43,943 nt of DNA, from contig JAKQHE010000215.1 in NCBI GenBank assembly GCA_029573155.1, forward strand, positions 1-43,943, given 5' to 3'. The notes below the pieces were generated by a model, which was not told the origin of the DNA, did not search any database, and worked only from the letters and a program-made list of their open reading frames with translations. The DNA comes from a bacterium (GTDB lineage: Bacteria; UBP6; UBA1177; JAKLFG01). Positions 17,484 to 26,145 of this stretch are shown piece after piece (position 1 is the stretch's first letter; every line of letters starts with the position of its first letter). The translations under genes and the position numbers were made by a program.

Positions 17484-18572
17484 TTACCACCCGGTGACCG
17501 GTTCCACCATGATCATCATCATCTGCTCGGTATCGAAGGTCCCGGCGGTCACGCTCTTTCCTTCCATTTTTTCCGAGTATTTACGGTCAAGTATCAGATT
17601 GTTAGCCATCGCGCCGAAGCCGGTCCCGAAGGTTATCTGACCGATGAGGTCGGCCGGCATCGTGAAGGAACCGTCATCGGTGGCGCGGCAAACGACCGAA
17701 CCGCTCTCGCCGGTCATCGATATGTCTATCGTCCCGTCGGGGTCGGCACCGTCCCAGGTCACGGTGAGATCCTTGGTGGGGTCGACCGTTATCGCCGGTA
17801 TCGGGAATGCGGTCCCGGTGTGCGGCTCGGGCGCCGTGAGTTTCAGGGCGGGCGGGAAATAGACCGATCCGCTGAACGCCGCGAGATCCTCCATCCCCTC
17901 ACCGCTCAATTCGTAGGTCGCGTCGAACGCGAGGATATCGACCGGGACCGACCCGTCGCCCGTGCCGTCTTTCTTGTAGATCTTGTCGTTCGGCTCGTAG
18001 GCGAAGGTCGCCGGCCCGCCGACGAACCCGGTGATGGTGACCGGTCCCCTATCGAGCGATTCGCGGTCCGGCGTCACGCACCGTTCGCTCCCCGCTATCG
18101 GGGCTCCGTTGTTGTCGGTCTCCGGCAGGCAGTCCTGCTCCGGTGCACAGTCTTCTTTCGAGGTACACGACGGTGTCGGCGTCGCGCCGCCCGCTTCGAA
18201 CACGCAGGTGTCGATCGCCAGCAGGTCCTCCTCCTCGACCACGAGATCCTCGCGCGCCGTTTTGAGGAACAGGCCGAACGCCATGCCCGAGGTCTGGCCG
18301 AACACATCCATCGTCATGATCTGGAAAAAGATGTTATAGCCGGAATTCTCGGGGTCGAAACCGCCGTCGGCGTCAGGAAACACTATCTCGTCCTGCGCGA
18401 GATCGGGCGTCTCTTCGGTCGTGTCGGAAGCGACTGTGTCATCATCGGTCACCGCCAATTCATCGTCATCGGCGACAAGATCCTCGTCGACCGCGCCCTT
18501 TTTCGTTTCGTTGTCGCACGCGACCGTGAGCACCGCGAAAAGTCCCAAAAAAAGCAACATCCTTCTCGTCAT
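17484..18572 (-). CDS. Hypothetical lipoprotein with acidic N-terminal linker
   Basis: I re-called the start at ATG 18572, with GAGGAGGAG upstream. The N-terminus MTRRMLLFLGLFAVLTVAC is a lipobox, followed by the D/E/T-rich linker DEDLVADDDELAVTDDDTVASDTTEETPD. I recognise no domain family. Confidence 0.65.
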   Translation of the reverse strand: MTRRMLLFLGLFAVLTVACDNETKKGAVDEDLVADDDELAVTDDDTVASDTTEETPDLAQDEIVFPDADGGFDPENSGYNIFFQIMTMDVFGQTSGMAFGLFLKTAREDLVVEEEDLLAIDTCVFEAGGATPTPSCTSKEDCAPEQDCLPETDNNGAPIAGSERCVTPDRESLDRGPVTITGFVGGPATFAYEPNDKIYKKDGTGDGSVPVDILAFDATYELSGEGMEDLAAFSGSVYFPPALKLTAPEPHTGTAFPIPAITVDPTKDLTVTWDGADPDGTIDISMTGESGSVVCRATDDGSFTMPADLIGQITFGTGFGAMANNLILDRKYSEKMEGKSVTAGTFDTEQMMMIMVEPVTGW

Positions 18573-18632
18573 GGTCTCCTCCTCTTTACGAATGCATTGG
18601 ACCCTCGGATATTTCATGTACCGCCTTTTTTG

Positions 18633-19220
18633 TCAAGTATATATCGTGAGCCCCCGGAGAAAACCCATCTCCTGCAGGGCCGCTATCACCTCGGCGATCG
18701 GCAGGCCGACCACATTCGAGACCGAGCCCGTGACCGATCTCACCATGAAGCCCCCTATCCCTTGTATCGCGTACGCCCCCGCCTTGTCCATCGGTTCTCC
18801 GGTCGCGATATAGTCTGATATCTCCTTTTCTTTCAATGACTTGAATGTTACCGTGCTCGTCACCGAGAACACCTGTTTCTTACCACGCCACCAGAGCGCG
18901 ACACCGGTCACGACCTCATGGTCGGTGCCGGACAATAAACGGAGCATTCGCTCTGCATCCTCGGTATCTCTGGGCTTTCCCAGCAATTCACCGCCAGACA
19001 CCACCACCGTGTCGGCCGCGATGACCGGGTCACCGTCACCACGCCGACCGACGACCGACGACCCCTTTCTTTCTGCCAGCATCTCGGCAAGCGCGGCGGG
19101 CGCAAGCCCCGGTATCGGGGTCTCGTCCACCACTGGCGCATCGATCTCGAGTGGGAACGAAAAAAGGGTCAGCATCTCCCTGCGGCGGGGGCTGGCGCTG
19201 GCGAGAATCATCTTCGGCAT
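18633..19220 (-). CDS. maf: Maf-like nucleoside triphosphate pyrophosphatase
   Basis: 195 aa. Motifs are ILASASPRRREML, ADTVV and GAYAIQG. Confidence 0.9.
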   Translation of the reverse strand: MPKMILASASPRRREMLTLFSFPLEIDAPVVDETPIPGLAPAALAEMLAERKGSSVVGRRGDGDPVIAADTVVVSGGELLGKPRDTEDAERMLRLLSGTDHEVVTGVALWWRGKKQVFSVTSTVTFKSLKEKEISDYIATGEPMDKAGAYAIQGIGGFMVRSVTGSVSNVVGLPIAEVIAALQEMGFLRGLTIYT

Positions 19221-19233
19221 CCGTCATCTCTCC

Positions 19234-20265
19234 TCACAATTTGATCATTTGCACGGCGCTCCCCCACCGATGTTCTTTCTCCCGGTGAAAGGTGCTTATC
19301 GTCTGTATCGGAAGTTCATCAAGTAACGACCATGCCTTCGCGCGCCGTTCAGCGTCCATGAACGAGAATATCTCGTCGGCGATGAACACCGGCGGCCACC
19401 CGCCATCCTGCAGGAGCGATGCCTCGGCGATACGGAGACAGAAGGCGCCGAACGCTATTTCGCCCGACGAAGAGAGCCGCGCGGCCCGCCCTTTGAGCGA
19501 CAGGTGCACCTCGTCGAGGTGCGGCCCGTAGAGGAGACACCCCCGCTCCTTTTCCCGGGCGGCCCGCTCCCGGAGCCGGGCCCGGATTTCTCCGTCATCG
19601 GTCTCCGAGGGAAGCCGTATCTCCGCCGCGATATCGACCGACGCCCGATCGGCGACCCCGGCGAACCGGGCCGTCACCGCATCGGCCGCCATCCGGCGAC
19701 GGCGGCGGATCTCGCCTATGAGCGGCACCGCCGCCTCGTTGAGATGCGTAAGCCCGCCGGACCTCCCGCTTTTCAACAAAGCGCTCTTCTGCTTCACGAA
19801 ACGGAGATAGGGGGTGAGGATGTCGATGTAGTCGCGGTCGTGCCCCATGGCGATCTTGTCGAGAAAATCGCGACGGCGTTTCGGGGACCCGGCCACCATG
19901 TCAATGTCCTCCTGCGTGCAAACGACGAAGGGATGGGCGGCGACGAGCGACCGACGGGTGACCGATCGTTCGTCGCGGAGTATCTTCCGTTGTCCTTTGC
20001 GATCCATTCCGACAGTGACCGCGTTCTCGGTTATATCGTCAAGCAGCAGGACCGCTTTGACAAAAGCATACGGAGCGCCCTCTCGGATGCACTCCTTCAG
20101 GTCGGCGGTGCGGAAACTTCTTCCGCCCAGCACGAGAGCGCCGGCCTCGGCGAGAGTGGTCTTGCCCGACCCGTTGGGTCCCAGTATGACCACGCGTGTC
20201 GAAAGGTCAAACGAAATTTCGGTGAACTTCCTGAAATTCCTTAGAGATATGTTCTTTATGCGCAT
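19234..20265 (-). CDS. recF: DNA replication/repair protein RecF
   Basis: It has LRNFRKF...ILGPNGSGKTTLAEA (Walker A) and an SMC-like C-terminus (FIADEIFSFMD). Its position immediately after dnaN fits recF. Confidence 0.85.
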   Translation of the reverse strand: MRIKNISLRNFRKFTEISFDLSTRVVILGPNGSGKTTLAEAGALVLGGRSFRTADLKECIREGAPYAFVKAVLLLDDITENAVTVGMDRKGQRKILRDERSVTRRSLVAAHPFVVCTQEDIDMVAGSPKRRRDFLDKIAMGHDRDYIDILTPYLRFVKQKSALLKSGRSGGLTHLNEAAVPLIGEIRRRRRMAADAVTARFAGVADRASVDIAAEIRLPSETDDGEIRARLRERAAREKERGCLLYGPHLDEVHLSLKGRAARLSSSGEIAFGAFCLRIAEASLLQDGGWPPVFIADEIFSFMDAERRAKAWSLLDELPIQTISTFHREKEHRWGSAVQMIKL

Positions 20266-20277
20266 CCGGCGGCACTG

Positions 20278-21420
20278 CTATATCCGGAGCGGCATGACCA
20301 TGTGGGTATAGGTGAAATCGGCCCCCTTCTCGACGACCGTCAGGGGACGCAGGCCCTCTTCGACCACGAGACGCACCTTCTCGTCGTCTATCACGCTGAC
20401 CACATCAAGGAAATAGCGCGCGTTCAGTCCGATGGCCCGCTCGCCCTTGAACCCTTTTTCGACCAGTATCTCGTCGCTCGAACTGCCGCCGAACTCGGAA
20501 CTCGCGCTCATCCGGAGAGCATCCCCTTTGAATTCGAACCGGGCGGCCCATATCTTTTCCTCGGTCGAAAGGGCTATGACGCGCTTGATACCTTCAATGA
20601 GTTCGCGCCGGTTGATGTCGGCGTATTCCTTTTTCTCTATCTGTGAGGGGCTTCCCGTCACATTCCGGTAGTTCGGGAACTCGTTCTTGATGAGACGGCA
20701 GATGAAGGTGACCGTATCGGAACGAAGGAATAATTTCCCCTCTTTGATGGAGATATGCGCTTTTTCCACATCGGAGAATATCTTGACGATCTCGGAAAAA
20801 TTCTTTCCCGGCACCACGATACCTTCCGAGAATTCCTTCACTGGCAGTTTGAAGTTATCAAGCGTCACGATCGATATCCGGTGAATGTCGGTCGTGACCA
20901 TTTCGAACACTTCCTTTTTTTCTTCGGTCACCTGCGTCAGAAGAACGCCGGAATAGACCTTATTGTAGTTCGGATCAGTCATAGAGAACTGCAGTTTTTT
21001 AAAGAACGGGATCATCCTCTTTATCGGGATGAGTACCTCTTCCCCTACTTCGGCCGATACTAATGGAAAATCTTTAACATCGCCGCAGGGCAGATTATAG
21101 TTCGTTTTGTCGGAGGTCACCGATATGATATTGTGTTCGCTTTGATATTCTATTTTTATAGTATCCCCTCGTACTCCTTTACATATTTCATAGAAATACC
21201 GGGCGGGTATGGTTATTTTTACCCCTTCATCGCATTCAATGGGGGTTATCTGTGCGATGGTGGAGGTGTCGAGATTCGTCGAGGTCAATGTCCCTTTTTT
21301 CTTCGATACATCGAGTAGTATCTGCGACAACATAGGAACGGTGCTCTTCTTTTCGACCGAATTCATACAATACTCGACCGCTTTAAGAATGTCGTCCCGT
21401 TTAAAGATGATCTTCGACAT
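20278..21420 (-). CDS. dnaN: DNA polymerase III beta sliding clamp
   Basis: 380 aa with a three-domain beta-clamp pattern (MSKIIFKRDDILKAV...PMLSQILL...MPLRI). GGAGGG SD lies upstream. It is adjacent to dnaA. Confidence 0.95.
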   Translation of the reverse strand: MSKIIFKRDDILKAVEYCMNSVEKKSTVPMLSQILLDVSKKKGTLTSTNLDTSTIAQITPIECDEGVKITIPARYFYEICKGVRGDTIKIEYQSEHNIISVTSDKTNYNLPCGDVKDFPLVSAEVGEEVLIPIKRMIPFFKKLQFSMTDPNYNKVYSGVLLTQVTEEKKEVFEMVTTDIHRISIVTLDNFKLPVKEFSEGIVVPGKNFSEIVKIFSDVEKAHISIKEGKLFLRSDTVTFICRLIKNEFPNYRNVTGSPSQIEKKEYADINRRELIEGIKRVIALSTEEKIWAARFEFKGDALRMSASSEFGGSSSDEILVEKGFKGERAIGLNARYFLDVVSVIDDEKVRLVVEEGLRPLTVVEKGADFTYTHMVMPLRI

Positions 21421-21623
21421 GGTGGCCCTCCATACGGTTTATTATAGGTGTCTTTATAATATAAAGATATGGGTAACAATAATAAGGGTGTTTAAAGTGT
21501 TTATAGTAACATAATACTTTATATTTATTTAATATACTATCCATTAAATTCTTCGTATCCCTTTTATGTCTTCGTGGGAGTTACAGATAAACATTTTTTT
21601 AACACCGCTGTTTTGAACATTTA
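21421..21623. promoter_or_regulatory. Extremely AT-rich dnaA-dnaN spacer: candidate DNA-unwinding element / oriC component and dnaN promoter region
   Basis: This is a 203-bp non-coding stretch dominated by runs such as TTTATAATATAAAGATAT and ATAATACTTTATATTTATTTAATATACTAT, in a contig that is otherwise 55-68% GC. I found no close match to TTATCCACA inside it. Confidence 0.4.
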
Positions 21624-22961
21624 TCAATATTTCATATCCTCGAGCTCTCTTTCCAGTTTTTCTATGATCTTACGGATGTTAGTGTCATTAAGGGCCATTT
21701 TCTCTATGCGGGAGATGGATGATATGACCGTCGAATGATCGCGGCCGAACCGCTGTCCGATATCGACCAGGGTCATGCCGGTATATTTTTTAGAAAGGAA
21801 CATGGCTATCTGACGGGATAGTGATATCTGTTTCGAGCGGTCCTTTGAGCAGAGATCGGATACCTTTATACCCATGATGGTGGCGGTCATCTTCATGACC
21901 TCATCGATGGTGATATGGGTCTTAGTGCGGATCATGTCCCGCAAACGGTCGATCGCAAAATCTTTAGTAACCTCCTTGCGCCCCACGATCTCCGCCGATA
22001 TCTGGAGGGTCTTGAGTGCGCCCTCTATCTGCCTGACATTATTCTTAAAATTCTTCGCAATAAAGAACACGGCCTCCTCATCCATCGCCATGCCGTACAG
22101 GTCGGTCTTCTTCCGGACAATGGCGATGCGGGTGTCCAGATCGGGCGGACGGATCTCGATGGTGACCCCCCACTCGAAACGGGACTTCAGACGATCATCG
22201 ATCTCCCGTATCTCGCCGGGGTACCGGTCGGAGGTGATGACTATCTGTTTTTTCGCGGCGTGGTAGTCGTTGAATATCCGGAAGAACTCATCCTGTATCC
22301 CCGGTGTCTTCATGAACTGTATGTCGTCGAGCAGCAGGATGTCGAACGAGAGCAGGGTCTCTTGGAATTTCTGCATCCCCTTCTCGCTCATCGCCTTGTA
22401 GAATTCATTGATGAGTTTTTGCGCCGGTACATAACAGGCCGCCTTGTTCTTCGATGCCGCAAAAGCGCCTATAGCCTGCAGCAGATGGGTCTTACCTAGA
22501 CCGGTGCCGCCATAGATGACGAGCGGGTTGCGATTCGTCCCCGGGTGCTTGGCGACGGCCAAAGCCGTTTCGTAAACATCCCGGTTGCTAGGGCCGGCCA
22601 CGAAGGTGCTGAAGGTGTATTCGGTGGAAAGCGGAGTGCTTTTCTGTTTATTCTGTTTACCGCGGGCGGTCCCCTCCTCCACCGCCTCCGAAAGAGGGAG
22701 CAGCGGTTGAATGTTCTCGAGATCGTCCAGTTTCTTGACGATGAAGCGGACCGCGATATCGGGGGAAACGAGGTCGCGGGCGACCTGTGATATCTTGTGG
22801 ACCAGTTTGTTCTTCTCGAGTAGTGTGATGATCTGCTGGCTGGGACAGCCGATAACCAGTTCCTCTTCACTCTCCTTGATGGGGCGGAGAGGATTGATGA
22901 AGGCCTTGATGAGATAATCGTTCTCCGAGGCCTTGAGTTTCTCCTTGATCTTTTTCCACAT
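21624..22961 (-). CDS. dnaA: Chromosomal replication initiator DnaA
   Basis: 445 aa. Motifs are YGGTGLGKTHLLQAIG (Walker A), LLLDDIQF (Walker B) and the C-terminal DNA-binding signature RQIAMFLSKKYTGMTLVDIGQRFGRDHSTV. Confidence 0.97.
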   Translation of the reverse strand: MWKKIKEKLKASENDYLIKAFINPLRPIKESEEELVIGCPSQQIITLLEKNKLVHKISQVARDLVSPDIAVRFIVKKLDDLENIQPLLPLSEAVEEGTARGKQNKQKSTPLSTEYTFSTFVAGPSNRDVYETALAVAKHPGTNRNPLVIYGGTGLGKTHLLQAIGAFAASKNKAACYVPAQKLINEFYKAMSEKGMQKFQETLLSFDILLLDDIQFMKTPGIQDEFFRIFNDYHAAKKQIVITSDRYPGEIREIDDRLKSRFEWGVTIEIRPPDLDTRIAIVRKKTDLYGMAMDEEAVFFIAKNFKNNVRQIEGALKTLQISAEIVGRKEVTKDFAIDRLRDMIRTKTHITIDEVMKMTATIMGIKVSDLCSKDRSKQISLSRQIAMFLSKKYTGMTLVDIGQRFGRDHSTVISSISRIEKMALNDTNIRKIIEKLERELEDMKY

Positions 22962-23032
22962 GTGGTCAGTCGGCTCCTGGTAACGGTCCCTGTGGCAGTT
23001 TCCTTATCTCCCTCTTGCCTGCACAGTCTAGT

Positions 23033-23074
23033 GATGATTTTCTCTTTTTCAATTTCATTGAAAGAAAAATCATC
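23033..23074. repeat. 42-bp AT-rich imperfect palindrome between the methyltransferase stop and dnaA
   Basis: The left arm is GATGATTTTCTCTTTTTCAAT, the loop is TTC, and the right arm is ATTGAAAGAAAAATCATC. The arms pair with two small indels. The element starts 2 nt from the TAA at 23077-23079. Confidence 0.5.
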
Positions 23075-23076
23075 AT

Positions 23077-23820
23077 TTAACAAGAGGAGGCATGTAATAT
23101 CTTGGAGGCGACCGCGCTTTCCGCCCCGTCCTTCTCGCGCATGGTGACGAGAGAAAGATCAAGCTTTGATCTCCGGACATCACCGGGGGCGCAACAAAAA
23201 AGTGCCAGCGACGGCGGGTCGGCAGGTGATTCGCTCACGAGAACTATCTGCCGCGGATAGAGCCCATGGGCAGCGGTCGACAGACAGGCGAAGGCAAGCC
23301 GCGCCACTGGATAGACGAAAAACAACCGCCCTTTCTTTTTGAGAGCCGCGCCCCCGATCCGGAGAAAATCATCCAACGAGCCGAACAACTCGTGACGGGC
23401 GGCGGCACGCTCTTCGTCAGGCGCGGTCCTGCCCGAATCGGCCGCTCGATAGGGAGGATTGAAACAGACAAGATCATATCGCTCGTGAAAAGCTGATAAC
23501 ATCCTGATATCTTTGAGTATAGGGAAGACACTCGCTTCGAGATGATTGAGTGAGACATTGTGGGCGAGCAACGAGAAGAGGGACTCCTGTCGTTCGATCG
23601 CATCAACGGTTCCACCCAGTCCGCGGCGCTTGAGAAGTATCGAGACGATGCCGCTCCCCGCACCGAGTTCCAATGTCCGGGTCACCCGCGCCGGCGCATA
23701 TTCGTGAGCGAACCAGGACAACAAAAGGGCGTCCACCGAGAAACGGTATCCCCCGCGTCGCTGTGCGATGACGGTATCGCGGTCGTACATACGGTCGAAG
23801 GAGATCAAGGGATCAGTCAT
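23077..23820 (-). CDS. SAM-dependent N6-adenine methyltransferase, TrmN6/YfiC-like (tRNA m6A37 type)
   Basis: I re-called the start at ATG 23820 (MTDPLISFD...). Motifs are LELGAGSGIVSILL (SAM motif I) and CFNPPY (the NPPY catalytic motif). It overlaps the tsaC stop by 8 nt. Confidence 0.8.
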   Translation of the reverse strand: MTDPLISFDRMYDRDTVIAQRRGGYRFSVDALLLSWFAHEYAPARVTRTLELGAGSGIVSILLKRRGLGGTVDAIERQESLFSLLAHNVSLNHLEASVFPILKDIRMLSAFHERYDLVCFNPPYRAADSGRTAPDEERAAARHELFGSLDDFLRIGGAALKKKGRLFFVYPVARLAFACLSTAAHGLYPRQIVLVSESPADPPSLALFCCAPGDVRRSKLDLSLVTMREKDGAESAVASKILHASSC

Positions 23821-24442
23821 ATATCTTGCGCAACAGGTCCTCTTTCTTGATGGCGCCCTCTCGTAATATCTCGACCTTTTGCGCATCGACCCGCACGATG
23901 GTGGAAGGTATGTTGCTCGCTGGGGTCTTCTCCTCGGACTGTTTCTCGTCGAAAACAAGCACGCCGTCTATGCGATCGGCGAAATAGGCAAAGACCTCCT
24001 CGTAGTTGGTCGCGGGCGGCTTGCCGGCCAGATTGGCGCTGGTCGTGATGATGGGATGGCCGACAAGATCGAGCAGTTTATTAAGTCCCGGATGAGGGGA
24101 ACAACGGATACCGACAAAGCCGGACCCGCCCGTTATGAGGTCGGGGACGCTGGGCCGGGCCTCGTGTACGATGGTCAGCGGACCGGGCCAGTAGAATTTG
24201 GCGAGACGCTGTGCGATGGGGCAGAAGGAAGTAACAAGTTCGTCAAGCATGCTGGAACGGTTCTTGGTAATCAGGACCGAAAGAGGTTTCGTTCTCAGGA
24301 TGCCTTTGACCTGCTTGAGGCGAAGGACCGCCTCCGTCTCGTGAATGATGGCGCCGAGACCGTATACCGTTTCGGTCGGATAGGCAACGACCGCGCCGTT
24401 CCGTAGTTTCCAGGCCGCCTCTTCGGGAGAGAAAAAATCCAT
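23813..24442 (-). CDS. tsaC: L-threonylcarbamoyladenylate synthase (TsaC/YrdC family)
   Basis: I re-called the start at ATG 24442, giving 209 aa. Motifs are VAYPTETVYGLG, KPLSVL, YWPGPLT and ITTSANLAGKPP. The upstream 135 codons of the track ORF are Pro/Ser/Arg-rich and overlap purE. Confidence 0.85.
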   Translation of the reverse strand: MDFFSPEEAAWKLRNGAVVAYPTETVYGLGAIIHETEAVLRLKQVKGILRTKPLSVLITKNRSSMLDELVTSFCPIAQRLAKFYWPGPLTIVHEARPSVPDLITGGSGFVGIRCSPHPGLNKLLDLVGHPIITTSANLAGKPPATNYEEVFAYFADRIDGVLVFDEKQSEEKTPASNIPSTIVRVDAQKVEILREGAIKKEDLLRKIYD

Positions 24443-24455
24443 CGGCGGGCCACAC

Positions 24456-24944
24456 CTATTTCGCTGTTTCCTGTAGACGGGCGTCTTTTGCCTTGACCTC
24501 CCGGGCCATGGTGACCCGATAGACCGCGAGGCGGTCGGCGAGATCCTTGTCGGAACATGCGAGGATGGATACCGCGAACAGAGCGGCGTTCTTGGCACCA
24601 TCGATGGCCATTGACGCCACAGGGATGCCGGAGGGCATCTGCGCGGTCGAAAGGAGCGCGTCGAGTCCGCCAAGACCGGTCGCGTTAAGCGGGACGGCGA
24701 TGACCGGCTTGACCGTATGGGCCGCCACCACGCCGCCGAGGTGGGCGGCGGCTCCGGCGCCGACGATGATGCAGGCCCCACAGAAGCCGGTGACGAGAGC
24801 GACCGTCCGTTCCGGTGTCCGGTGAGCCGAGGAGACATGTGCTTCATAGATGACGCCGAATTCCGAGAGGATGTCAGCCGCTTTTTTCATGACAGGCCAA
24901 TCGGAATCACTTCCCATGAGGATCAGGACGGTTGGATGGGTCAT
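24456..24944 (-). CDS. purE: N5-carboxyaminoimidazole ribonucleotide mutase
   Basis: 162 aa. Motifs are VLILMGSDSDWPVM, VSSAHRTPE and GAGAAAHLGGVVAA. Confidence 0.92.
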   Translation of the reverse strand: MTHPTVLILMGSDSDWPVMKKAADILSEFGVIYEAHVSSAHRTPERTVALVTGFCGACIIVGAGAAAHLGGVVAAHTVKPVIAVPLNATGLGGLDALLSTAQMPSGIPVASMAIDGAKNAALFAVSILACSDKDLADRLAVYRVTMAREVKAKDARLQETAK

Positions 24945-24962
24945 ACCGCTCTCCTTTTTATT

Positions 24963-25442
24963 TTAGTTGCCGCTTTTTTTCACCGGTGTCACGGGCGGAG
25001 ACGCGGGCTCTTTCCGGTTAAATCTCTCTGTCAGCGCGGAAAGGGAGCCTTCGATCATTTCGGTGCAGGTACGAACCTTCTGAAGGCGGTCATAATTCTT
25101 GTTCTTGGCATACTCTTTGACCTGTGCCGAGCAGGAAAGCAGGGAGTCGAAAAGACCGCTTATCTCGCCGGTCAACAGGCCGCCGGAGTTCTGGGCGGTC
25201 AGGAAGGTCTTGCCGTTATGCAGAGTGTTGTCCACATTGTCCAGAAGACCGGTGATAGCGCCGGCGTCGGTGGCGTTCGCGATGGCAAGACTGACCGAAA
25301 GGGAGATCAGACGATAGGCGAGCGAGGCCTCTCCGATCGCGAGAGCCTCCATCCGGCGCGTAAGGGGAGCGGGCTCTTCCGCTGAACAGAAAAGATGAGT
25401 AAGGAAGAACAATAGCCCAATGAACAAGGTTGTTTTTCGCAT
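24963..25442 (-). CDS. Secreted hypothetical protein (predicted helical)
   Basis: It has a signal peptide MRKTTLFIGLLFFLTHLFCSA, and the rest is Leu/Ala/Ser-rich and helical-looking. I recognise no family. It fills the gap between rsmG and purE in the same orientation. Confidence 0.55.
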   Translation of the reverse strand: MRKTTLFIGLLFFLTHLFCSAEEPAPLTRRMEALAIGEASLAYRLISLSVSLAIANATDAGAITGLLDNVDNTLHNGKTFLTAQNSGGLLTGEISGLFDSLLSCSAQVKEYAKNKNYDRLQKVRTCTEMIEGSLSALTERFNRKEPASPPVTPVKKSGN

Positions 25443-25503
25443 GTTTCGCCCTCCTCTTGAACACGAAGAAACAGGGCGAGGATAACAGAAAAGAAAAGGC
25501 CTG

Positions 25504-26145
25504 TCAACGCGACCGGGTAGAAGCTATGCTCAAAAGAGCGAACCGGGTCTTTTTCCCGGAGAGAATAATGGTTCGTTCGTGGCCGGTGAGCCCGGAAGGG
25601 ATCTTTTGGGACGGGCCAAGGAACAAAAGCAGTCGACCACCGGGAGAAAGCAGGGGGGTCATCTCGCCGACGAATCGATCGTCGGATGTTAACGCGCGGA
25701 AGGTTACGAGGTCGAAACGGTCGGAAAGTCTCCGGGCGTCAGCGCATCGGATCGAGATGTTTTCCATTTTAAGTGAGGCGGCGGCGAAGGAGAGATACGC
25801 GGCTTTTTTGGGAGCCTTCTCAACGAGCGTGAAGGAAGTGTCGGGGCGAGCCAGTGCAAGCGGCAGACCGGGGAACCCTGCGCCCGAACCGATGTCGGCA
25901 ACGGAAGAGACACCATCGAAAAGCCCCGGCAGGAGAAGCGAAGCCCACGATTCCACGAAATGACGATGCGCCGCTTCGACGGGGTCGCTGATGCGGGTCA
26001 GGTTGTGGACGCGGTTCCACTCGAGGAGGAGCGCATACAGATCGGCGCTTTTTTGAAGGACCTCTTCCGAAAGAGAGAGGCCCAATTCGGTCAACCCCGA
26101 ATCGAGCGCGGCCCGAAAAGTTTCACGTGAAACATCAATCGCCAC
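25504..26145 (-). CDS. rsmG: 16S rRNA (guanine527-N7)-methyltransferase RsmG (GidB)
   Basis: The family signature is WNRVHNLT...[16 protein letters not shown]...[12 protein letters not shown]. It starts at GTG 26145, preceded by AGGAGGTTCCC. It overlaps the mnmG stop by 11 nt. Confidence 0.9.
   Translation of the reverse strand: MAIDVSRETFRAALDSGLTELGLSLSEEVLQKSADLYALLLEWNRVHNLTRISDPVEAAHRHFVESWASLLLPGLFDGVSSVADIGSGAGFPGLPLALARPDTSFTLVEKAPKKAAYLSFAAASLKMENISIRCADARRLSDRFDLVTFRALTSDDRFVGEMTPLLSPGGRLLLFLGPSQKIPSGLTGHERTIILSGKKTRFALLSIASTRSR

Noticed and set aside
20301-22999. Additional weak DnaA-box-like 9-mers (TGTGGGTAT at 20301, TGTGGACCA near 22797, TGTGGTCAG at 22961, TGTGGCAGT at 22991)
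   Set aside because: Each has 2-4 mismatches to TGTGGATAA, and that level of similarity is expected by chance. They are not used as evidence for oriC.
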